Positions 12,305 to 24,300 of a stretch of DNA of 64,000 nucleotides are shown in pieces. The stretch is from the NCBI GenBank assembly GCA_964016885.1, contig OZ024742.1, forward strand, positions 283,650,001-283,714,000. The letters run 5' to 3'. Each line of letters begins with the position of its first letter. Position 1 is the stretch's first letter. Source of the DNA: Eledone cirrhosa. Its lineage: Eukaryota. Position numbers and translations under genes: made by a program. The notes beneath the pieces are model-generated. The model did not search any database, was not told the DNA's origin, and saw only the letters and a program-made list of their open reading frames with translations.

Positions 12305-15300
12305 AACAAATAAGACCCCGACGGCTGAGCTCAAGCCGTTTCGACGGCTAATTCAGAATTAGCCGTCGAAACGGCTTGAGCTCAGCCGTCGGGGTCTTAT
12401 TTGTTCCTATTACCCACTCTACTACCTTAAGTATTGAGTACTTTGGTGCGTTATGGTCCACCTGGTTCCTTACCACATTTCCTTCGTTATATATATGTAT
12501 ATATAATTGTTTCTACTTTTAGCACAAGGCCAGCAATTACCTCAGTGCATTACTGGTACTTTATTTTATCGAACCCGTAAAATTAGTAGGAACGAGGTGT
12601 CAAAATATGTTTATTCACGTGTGACGCGCGTTTCGCGATCGATCAGCTCAAGGCATAATCACTATCAATCGTCCCCGACTCTGAAATCAATAGTTCATCA
12701 GACTTGTGGTTTCCTGAAATTTAAGAAAACATCGAGTGCTCAAACTGGTGAACCAATAGTAACGTAAAATTACACACCAATAAACTATATATATATATAT
12801 ATGTGTGTGTCTGATGGTAGCTAAGATGCTTCCATAGGCGGTATGCCGGTTGAGCACTCAATGCTCTTACAGAGCAGAGTATGATATAATATAAAACGAA
12901 AAATCAGTGATGCATCTGAACTCAATTTATTGTGTGTTACAATTGTTTCGCTGGCGGACAGCACGAGACACGGTCATTGTGTGGATCTGTCTGATTCTGG
13001 ACCCACAGGTTCGACAGACACGTCTAATGATTTCGGAGCAAATTCTTTCACACATACACACACAATCACATAGATAACGACAGTCGTACGCACAGACTCC
13101 AACTATACACACACATTTAAGGGGAACATATAAACCTATAAACATACGCATACACAGATGCATGCCTATATACATCAACACACACACAGGTGCACACACA
13201 TGCATACGCTTATATGTACCCATATACTCAAACGCGTACAGACATATACATAGACGCCCCCTTTTCTTTTTCCCCCATGCACACACACACACACATACCC
13301 ACACGTATCCATATATACAGGCACAGATACACACTTGCTCGCAAACACACGTATATATATATATATATATATACACACACAAACAAGCCCTTTCCCTACA
13401 GTGGGTGCTTGTACACACACACACACTGGCTCATATACACTCTTACAAATATGCGCATATTCACGTACACGCCCATGCACGCATAAAAAGATATATATAT
13501 ATGTATACACACACAAATAGGATATACATGTGTGTATATCCTATTTGTGTATATATATATATGTATCTTTATGCGTGCGTGGGTGTGTATGTGAATATGC
13601 GCATATTTGTAAGAGTGTATATGAGCCAGTGGGTGTGTGTACAAGCACCCACTGTAGGGAAAGGGCTTGTTTGTGTGTATATGTGTGTTTGCGAGTGAGT
13701 GTGTATCTGTGCATGTATATATGGATACGTGTGTGGGTGTGCATGGGGGAAAAAGAAAGGGGTGTGTCTATGTATATGTCTGTACGCGTTTGTGTGTACG
13801 GGTATATATACGCATATGCATGTGTGTGTGTTGATGTATATAGGCATGTATCTGTGTATGCGTATGTTTATAGGTTTATATGTTCCCCTTAAATGTGTGT
13901 GTATAGTGGGAGTCTATGCGTACGACTGTCGTTATCTATGTGATTGTGTGTGTGTGAGTGCGCGCATGTGTGGGTGCGCGCGTGGACGTTTGAACTACCA
14001 AACCCAGCAGTAATTCATTGAAGTGTGGCAGACACGGGACAGCTGATGGTCAGCCGAATAATACCTGTTGGTTAGAATTATGACGGCGTAGACAACCAGT
14101 GGCCAATAACAGGACGCGCGAAGAGGATGAAGTTTTTGACGGTAATACCCCAGTGAAAGAATTTGCTCCGAAATCATTAGACGTGTCCGTCGAACCTGCG
14201 GGTCCAGAATCAGACAGATCCACACAATGATCGTGTCTCGAGCTGTCCGCCAGCGAAACAATTGTAGCACAATAAATTGAGTTCAGATGCATCACTGATT
14301 TTTAGTTTTATATATATATATTTTATATTATATATTTGCATTCATACACAGAACAAAATTGCTTAAATAGGAAGGTTCTACGGGCGAGGAATATAAGGTC
14401 ATATTCCATGTCGCTGATGTATACAAAAGAACAAGCAAATTATAAAGCGTTATTAAGAAGAGTCCTAGAAATAGAGGGATAAAAATTTATATCAAACTGT
14501 GAATTTGGTTCTGTTCTTAAAGGGGGTTTCTGTGAACAAGGATATAACATGTATTATTCGACAGCGAGAGATTGGTATTTTTAATAATACAGGTGTTGAT
14601 GATAATATATTTCAGCTCACTTCCCGATTGAGCACTTCTTCACCCACTTATTCCTGAGAGGATCATGGGGGTAGAGTCCTGAAACACTCCTTCCAGCGGG
14701 TCCTGTCAGAAGCAACCGTCATGTATATATAGAGTAGTTGTTGAGGATTGGAGCAACAATGGTCTTATTTATGTGTATATATGTATATATATATATATAA
14801 ACGGAAAAAATGAAACGAAATTTCATTTCCCACTCTTAGTACGGCTGTTACTTAAATATAAGTATGTACACGTACATACATATATGTATACAGACGTACA
14901 GTAGTATGTATATATATATACATACATGCACACATATATATATGTACGTATGGATTCACCGAACATTTATTATAATGCTTGGTGTGTTTGTAAACAAACA
15001 TCCCGTATTAAGCCGTAGTGTCTAGCAACCATCGTTGCTCGTCTGTATACATATATGTATGTACGTGCATACTTATATATTTATATATATATATATATAT
15101 ACACTAAGATATACTATTGTAGTTTTCTGATTTTTAAACTGAATTGAATGTGAGGGTACATTGCTTAGAGGGTTTGTTTATCAGACTGGTTGCTTTATTG
15201 TCTTTAAGCAAGGCACTTCATTTCCCATTGCTCTAGTTCATTCAACTGATAATGAGTACTAGCAGTAGCTTCAAGGGAGAATCTTGTATTTCCAGTTGTT

Positions 15301-18300
15301 TAACAACCATGAAACCAGCATAAGCTCCAGATTTTATCCAACTCATGCAGGCATGGAAAAACTGATATAAAACAATAACTCTAAATACAACTCTCTAAAT
15401 TTAATTGAATAAGAAAATGAATTTAAGTCACTAGTTATATTATTTTCTTTATGTATCTAATTTTTTGCATAGTTTTTTTTTCCGCTGAATGCCAAATGTT
15501 TTTTTACCACAAGGATTAAGTACATTTTATCATACCCCTGCACGAAAGAGGTCTGCATTATAACTAGAGATGCATAATTTTTTCATTCTAAACCGATTTC
15601 CTGTGCTGTAACTGGCTTGCTGAATCCTTGCGACTTCTGTTTGTTCCTTCCATTTATTTTTTAATTATTTTAAGTAAATAAAAAGTGTTGGCACATGACC
15701 TAGAATTATCTAGGGCATTGGGCTCACAATTGCAATGTTATAGAGTTGAATCCCAGGACTAGGCAGCACGTATTCTTGAGTAAAACATTTCATTGCACAT
15801 TGCTCCAGTCTACTCAGCTGTAAATGAGTATCAACAGCAGCTGGGGATTAAACCTGCAATGGACTGGCAGTTCCTCAACACTAATGAAACCTGGATAAGC
15901 TTAATTTTTTTTTAGTTAGATAGAAAAGCTATTACAAAAGAACATTCCATCTCATTCTCTCTGTTCTGTTAATCCCCAAACTTATGATGAATATTTGATA
16001 TATTACAGCAAGTCTTACAAGATCTCCTCTCCAGGAATGTGCTCAATCAATGTATACCACATATCCAAAGCTACCATGGCAAGTAAGTATTTCCTATCAA
16101 CAAACATACTATTGTCAACAATGCCTGCAGAACATGTAGTTGCTATTATATAACAGATATATGAATGGCAATACTATAGTTACCACAGCACCTATATTAC
16201 ACGTAGTAGTTATTGTGTAACATAGTGTTTCATTGTAAAATAATCACTCCAGATATTTTATTTACGTAGAATTTGAAGTTTTTGAAAATCAGCAAAATAT
16301 AAGCTGATTTTCCCCCCATTTTACCATCAATTTTTTTTTCTTTTGGTCACATATTTCTCTGCTTATATTCGAGTATATACGGTAATTTACGTGGTTAAAG
16401 GTAATTATCATTTCTTTTCAATTTACAGGGAAATACATATTTGGCATGTTTATATATTATATATTTATATTATATTAAATATATATATCATCATTCATCA
16501 TCATCATTTCCGTTTAACAGCAATTTTCCCACGCTTGCATGAGTTAGACGGGTTGTCCATGCCGGGATCTTTGGCGTTACGCAGTAATACAGAAGACACG
16601 CCTTTCCATGCGCACAGACTCAAACATACACCTCCTAACCACTGTACACACACACACCCATACCTGCCCACACCACCCTTACAAAACATATCCAGCCCAC
16701 ACTGTAAAGTGGTCGTGTAGGAGTCACGGCAAAAAGCACCCACCACACACTGAATGTAGTTGGTGTCTGGAAGGGCATCTAGCCATAGAAACCTAACCAG
16801 AAACAATCCTGTATGAGTAAGACACAATCACTTGACCCAACTAACCTCAAATGGGACGACCCGTCTAACCCATGCTAGCATGGAAAATGGACATTAAACG
16901 ATGATGATGATTTTATATATCTATATATATATATAAAACAGAGGATATCTGTCTGTCTCTATGTAAATCCCTAAAACTCGAGAAGTACCCGACCGATTTT
17001 TTTTCAAACTTTACACATGCGTTACTTATATTTCTTGAAGTGCAATGGGCTAAAAAGAATTTAACTTTTTCTGCCCTCGGGCCCACATTAGGCGAAAATC
17101 CACATTTTTTAGGCTTTTTTGAGGCGTAACTTAAAGATAATCCAGCCAATTTCCTTGAAATGTGCAGCACACATTAGTTAGTCACCTCGCATTACTGTGG
17201 ACAAAAAAAAAATTTCTGATTCCATTAACGGTTTCTAGGAAATTTACGAATTAGTATTGGGCATTACATGCCATTTTCATTTTCAATATAAACACTACTT
17301 AAACATCGTAAGTAGCGTATAATATTTCGTTAAAAATTTGGTTTATTTAATAGAGGACACATTTACTTACTTTTAAGCAGGAATATTTTTAGGGGATTGA
17401 GGAAATGAGGAGGACCTTAAAATTTTTGTTAGCACGCTTCATGCTTTCATCATGCACAAATGCGGGCCCTGTGTACATTGCCGTGTTATTGACACCGTAA
17501 AACTCACGTCTGTGTTACTGCTACTAAGACCCCTTTTGTTGCACCTACACCGCAGTATGAACGTCCTGCGCAAGTACACTGAACAGCGGTTATACCCATT
17601 CCGCGGTGACCCTTTTTGTTGTACCTTTGTTGCTGTGTAAACACAGTGCAACCAGTGCCGCCCAACATTTGTACTAATTGTACTATGACCCCCTTCTGCT
17701 ACAGCTGCATTGCCACGCTGATTTCTTCATCTCAATATCCCTACTTAAACGTACATCCCTACTTGGTTTTCACACAATTGACTACGTCGCTCCTCAATTA
17801 CCTGAGAATAAGGGAATTCAAAAAGTACACAGCTACATTCCTCAATCTTTGCATATCTGTGTTGCTATTTCACGTTTCCTACCCCGTGCAATGCTGGATC
17901 CTGCTGCTAGTATCATCATCATCATTTTACGTCCGCTTTTCCCTGCTTGCAAGGGTGGGACGGGATATATATATATAACTTTCTCATATATTTCAACTGC
18001 TTAACGCACAAATTAATTTATATATATACACACACCGTCTAACCCATGCTAGCCTGGAAAATGGACGTTAAACGAAGATGATCATGACACACATGCTTAG
18101 ATACATTGTAAGTGAGAGGTACTGCCCTCCTGACTCTTATGAGAGGTCAGTAGCATTAATTAATTACTGACTGACAATCCATCCAACCCATGCTAGTATA
18201 TCTTTTTGGGTCTGTAAAGAGGTTGATGTTAGGAAGTGCACTCCACTGTAGAAATCATGCCCAAAATGGAACATATGAGGAAAACATGATCTCCCTGACT

Positions 18301-21300
18301 TGCCTAATCTTGGGCCATGACACATCATCTAATGCTAGTATGGAAAATAGATGTAAAACAGTGAATATGATATACACATTTTCTGATGAAAGGACTCAAT
18401 ACTAGTAGTAGCTTCACAGTCAACACCTTGTATGCACCAATAGGCAAATATGCATATCTTTTATATTAAAATGCTGATAATAGATTATGTGTGGTCTAAA
18501 TTGTTGGTCACACTATGGGAATAAGATAATGATAGCAATAGTGGTAGCAGAAGCTGCAACAAATGCCAATTTCTTTATTTTTTAATTTCACATTTTTATG
18601 GAAAGGAGATGATAAAAGTGTGTGAGAGAGAGATAACTCTAAAAGACAAATTACTTTTTAAAACTTTTGTCATACTGTAAATATAAGCTGTGTGGTGTGA
18701 GGGAGAAAGATGGTGGTGTTGAAACCTACGTTGTATGGAAAATATTATCATCAAATTATAAATGAGTAAAATATTCCATTTTGGGAGTTTTAGTCATTTG
18801 TTAATATATTATTTATGCATATATGTAAATAAAACACTTAAAATGCCATATTGATCTTTAATACTTGGTGGTTGTTTCTAAATAAACCATGGAATTTCCA
18901 CAGGCTCAGTTAGTACGATATTTCCAAAATTTTTGTTATTTTCAGTGACAGCGAAAAGAAGCTGGCTTTGGACCAAGCGTTGCGTGATATTGTTCGTATT
19001 GTTATAGTAAGTCTGCTCTGTTTTCAGATTTTATTACTATTGTTATTGGTAACTAAGTCAAGTGGCAAAATCATTAGAGCATTGGGCAGAATATTTTTCA
19101 GCCTTTTATGCTCTGAGTTCAAACCTTGATTTTACATTCTTCTAGGGTCAATAAAATAAAATATCAATCAAGTACCATGGTTGACATAATGACTGCCCTT
19201 TCCTCAAAATCACTGGCCATGTGCTTTAAATTCATCATCATCATCACATTGATGTAACCAGTTATTGGTGTGCCACTCTAGATACTTTTGTAGTACTCCA
19301 TTACTGCTGGTCTTTATTCTTCATCATGCATAGTAGGGTCTCTGTGTTGTTACCAGTCCAACCTTTGATATTGTTGAATCAATATTTTCTTGTCCTGCCT
19401 CTCTTTCTCCCTTCCTTGACTGTGCCCTAAAGGATGATTTTAGACAAGAAGTTGTGTTTAACTTAGAATCCATTATTATTATTGGTGATATCCTTATTTT
19501 GTCGGACAAAATACCTAGTTGTATATGTTCTAGGTCTTTACATTCAAATCCCACTGATGTCAACTTTGCCTTTCATTCTTTTAGACTCAATAAAATAATG
19601 TACAAATCAAGTACTGGGGTTGATATATTTGACTGACACATCCCAGACAATTTTTTAATTTGTACCTGTGTTAGAAATGGTATTAATTATTATTTGGTAG
19701 TGTCAGTAGAGGATCAAACAGAATGCTTTGAGGTATTTAGTTACAACTTTCTATGTTCTGAGTTCAAATACCGCTAGGCTCAACTTTGCCTTTCATCCTT
19801 CTGGGGTCAATAAAATAAAGTACCAATTAAGTACTAGGGTTGATATAATTGATGTTTCCTTTTCCCCAAATTGCTGGCCTTGTGCCAATCCTAGAAAGAA
19901 TGGCAGAATTGATAAAGCTTTGTGTCTTGCACAAAATGCTTTGTGATATTTTGATACATCCCTTTAACAGCACTTTACTTTCTGTGTTCAAATCTCACTG
20001 AGGTCAACTTGCTTTTCATCTTTCTAAAATAAAGCACCAGCCAAGAACTGGGGTCAACATAACCCCCCCCCCCCCCCCCCCAAAAAAAAATTGCTTGCCT
20101 TGTGTCTAAATTAGAAGCCATTATTATAATCTCTAAGAGTGGTGGATTATCAGAATTGTTAATGCTTTGTAGTATTTAGTTACAACCCATTATGTTCTAA
20201 GTTCAAATCCAGCTGTGATCAACTTTGCCTTTCATCCTTCAAGGTTGGGGAAAATAAAGTACTAGTTAAGTACTGGGGTTAATATAACTGACTTTCCTCT
20301 TTTCTCTCAAATTGCTGGCCTTGTGCCAATGTTAGAAAGAATTATAATAATCTCTGAGGGCAGTGAATTGGCAGAATCGTTGAAGTAGCTGACTAAATGT
20401 ATGTGTGTATTCTTCATGTGTGTGCGTGTCTGATATGTTTTTTCTTTCTGGTGTGTTTTAGACTGAAGAGATGGGCTGCTCTGTATACAGAGAGGTGATC
20501 ACTACAGCTATTGAAGCTGCTAATCAAGGTAAGACTTGCTTTCTTTACTTAACTCTGCAGATACAATTAAAGGGTTAAAATCAGAGGTACTTCTCCAGTT
20601 ACTTGGAACCACTTTGGTTTTTTTCCCACTGTTGTCTCCTTTTACAAGGTGAACCAGGTGCATTTTATCATGGCACCAGCACTACCACATTTCAGTGTGT
20701 ACTGATTGTATTTATTATGATGATTATGCCGTTCTTATTGTCCTTGTAGATGTGTGTTCAGCTTCCACACCATTTGTACTTCTATCTGATGTCTTCGACA
20801 TGATCACACTGGAACAGTGTGAGGATATCTTCAATTTGGTTGAAGAAAAGGTCAGCACCTGGAAGTCTGTAAGTACCACTTGAAAAAAACACTACATTTT
20901 ATTTAGGTTGTAGAATTGTTGATGTGTGTGGAGTGTTGTGGGAGCGTATGGAAGTTGTGGATGTGTTGAGTGTTGTGGAATGTGGAGTATTTGGGACCAA
21001 TGAAGCTATTGATGTAGCAGGTGTTAGTGCATGTGTTCCTTATGCTTGTCTGGACTAAGAGGGAGAGATGGTAATTTAAGATATTATTGAAGTAATGTTC
21101 TAGGGCAGAGGTTCTCAAACTTTTTGTGTCCCCCAATTCACAGCCACGCAATATCCTCAGTGTCCCCACCCCTATTTCCAGAGAGACCTGCCTACATGCA
21201 AATTGTAAATAATATATCTATATATATAAAACTGTGGTTGTCTGTCTGTCTATCGATTTTTGGCACACATCTCCTCTTAGAATCTCTGACGGAATTGCAC

Positions 21301-24300
21301 CGAAATTGCTATACTTGTACATTGAGCCCTAGCGAAGACATCGGAAAAAAAATATTTCAAATTGACCCACCCTATGTGACGAAATCGAATATAATGTATC
21401 GATTTTTGAGCGTAAGTTATCAGTTATTTCCCTTTGTTCTGTTTACATTGAGCGTCTTACGTAAAAAATTACGCTGGCTTTCTCAGCGTTTAAAATGACA
21501 TTAACACAATACACGAACAGTTGTCGAGCCAGCAAAATATTGACCTGCAAATTTCATCAGTTCGAACACTAAGCTTCCATTTTGCTTCATTTCCATTTAA
21601 AAGCATTTTAAAACAATATTTTTACTTGAAAACAAGTCTATTTAAAGACTACGTAAAACAAGCAAATATTTCAGGCGTGCAGACAGACAGTCGTGCAGAG
21701 AGGTGATATAGGCGTGCAGACAGACATAACTGATAATTTGGTTACGCTAATGTTTTTCTCTGCGTTGCAGTGTTTACATTTTCGATCTTTGTTAATAAAT
21801 AACCAGTGCAGTTTTTATCCCCAGCATCCTCTTTTGTTATAACATTCGGGTTATCATTATGTTTTCTTAACTTCATAAGGCATATTGTTGGTTGAGGGAA
21901 TATTAATCAAAAACACCACATGCAAGTCTGCACAGTAGACATTACAGTTTTTAAGCCAAAAAAGAAACTTAACATTGTAACTTTAACACACTACTGAGCG
22001 ACCCCGAGCAACGCCGGGCTTTACTGCTAGTAATAAATAAAATTGATAATTTATATATAATAAATAATATAATATATACTATGCATAGATAAATATATAT
22101 TTTTTATTTTGCTATATTAATATATAATATGAATCATTTGATATTTGATATATATCATCTCATTTTATGTCATCTTCTTTGTATTTAAATTAACACCTTC
22201 CTACATCATTTTATGTAAGAACTTTTCTATCAGTTATATCCTAAACACCAGTTTAATAGTGAAAATGTAGGTTATTTTATTAAATTCTTCCAAATTCTTA
22301 ATTATTGTCAAAATTATTGCAAACGGACAGGCAGTATTATTTCATTGGAAATCAACATTATCATCGTTTTACATTCATTTTTCCATGTTTGCATGGAAAT
22401 TAGCCTTTTTGTTACCATGTATTTAATGACAGACACTGTCTATAATTTATGAATAATTTGAAAATAATAAAACATTTGGAGGAATTTATTAATATAATCA
22501 ACTTTCTCGTTAGTTAGTAGGTATTTGGAACAGAACTTAAAGGTTCTTACATAAAATTATGAGGGAAGGTTTTTAGATAAATGTAAATACTTTAAAATAA
22601 ACAACTTAGTATCATAAAACGAGAGACAGTTTCATGCTTTATAAGGATAATTACATCTTAAAGAAGATGCCTCACATTCATTCACCTTCAGTGATTATAG
22701 CTTTGGCCAAGAAGCATTGATGACATCAGATGGTGTCTAACGTTTATTGGCTGTTTTGACAGTTTTTATTTCAACTCGCCTTTTCTCTATCTCTCTTTTA
22801 ATTACTTTGATAGGAGACTTTTTATGATGCTGGTAAGAACTATCTGCTGAGAATGTGTAATGGTAAGTAAATCCTCATTTAAATCAAACACAGTTATCCC
22901 TAGTTTCATTTTTATCTTCAGTGGGAGTGCTACTTCATTAACTTACTTGATCCTAAACTACTTTTTCAGACTTCTCCAAGGGTCTACTGACCACAACTGA
23001 AAACTGCTGGCATTGAAGATCTGTTATTAGCTTGAGAGATATTTTTATATTTGTTCTACATGATGTTTTATCGTCATGTGATGTAACCTCATTGTATTTA
23101 TTTATATATTTCAATTTCAGATTTGCTGAGAAGACTTTCCAAATCTCAGAACACTGTATTCTGTGGCCGGATACAATTGTTCTTGTCTCGGTTGTTTCCA
23201 CTCTCTGAGAAATCAGGTAAATCAATCAGATAATTCTTTGATGTTCTTTTTTATTGTTTATTCTGGGAAATATGATACTCTTCAGGGCTTCTGGGATAGG
23301 CGGTAAGAAGGTATTCTTAAACCGGTGACACAGTCCAAATGCTTGCAATAAAATGGACTTCACTTAGGTGTTAAGTATTGGTGTCAAACTAAGCATATAT
23401 ATATGTCATTCCTTTCTGTATGTCATTTCTGTCAATGTCATTTTTGTATATACGAAGGTTGGCTGAAAAGTTCATAGTCTAACCAAGATACTCTCATGGA
23501 ATGACCATGTGAGGTTTACTTTTCAACATAGTCCCTGGAAAGTTATAATGCAGTTATTAATAAGAAGAGTTGAAATCAATGTGTGCAAGATTTCACAACT
23601 CTAGCTTAATTTCTTCATAGTTAGCCTACAAACCTTTCATCTGACCTTCGTATGTTATTCTTGTCATTGAACTTTGAAATTTATTGTCATTAAACTTTAT
23701 TACAGCTTTGAACTTAATGAGTCAGTTTAATTTGGAGAACATCACTGTTTACAACAACAATCCAGAGGAGTCCCGACTAAAAGTAAGATTACATGTAACA
23801 TTGACCCACTCTTCAATCACACAATTACATCAGCCTTAATTCCTTTTAAAGCACATCATGTCAATCAAAGGTGGCAAATTGACAGTCATTAGAGCATCAG
23901 ATTAATCACCATAGTTGATTTGGTTCTCTACATGCTGAGTTCAAATCTCACTAAGGTCAACTTTGCCTTTCATCTGTTCAGGGATGATTAGTAAAGTCCT
24001 AGTTCAGAACAGGAAATTGGTGGCAATGTTAGGGTCAGAGGTAATGCATTGTGATATCTGTTCTGGCTCTTGCTTTCTGAATTCAAATCCAACTTCCTGT
24101 CATAAAAAAAAATATGGTAACATAAAAGGAATGGAGCTCCTTTCATTAAAACATGCAAGAAATCTTGTATGAGATGCAACGAAGATGTGCATGTAAGGGA
24201 GGGACATGGGTTGGGCAAGGAAGGTAAATTGGAAAAGTAAGAGAGGAGGATGAGGAGAAGTGTGTGAGTGGGGAGGGAACTTAGAAAGTGAGGCAGAGAT

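Noticed and set aside
12927-14013. Many ORFs rich in Y/I/C/V/H/T (also 32235-32786, 34506-35018, 62905-63900)
   Set aside because: They are translations of (TA)n/(CA)n microsatellites that lack stop codons, not genes.
13975-14013. GRLNYQTQQ* as the end of a Penelope GIY-YIG domain
   Set aside because: Too short; no other endonuclease or RT motif is visible, so no autonomous Penelope-like ORF can be claimed in this window.
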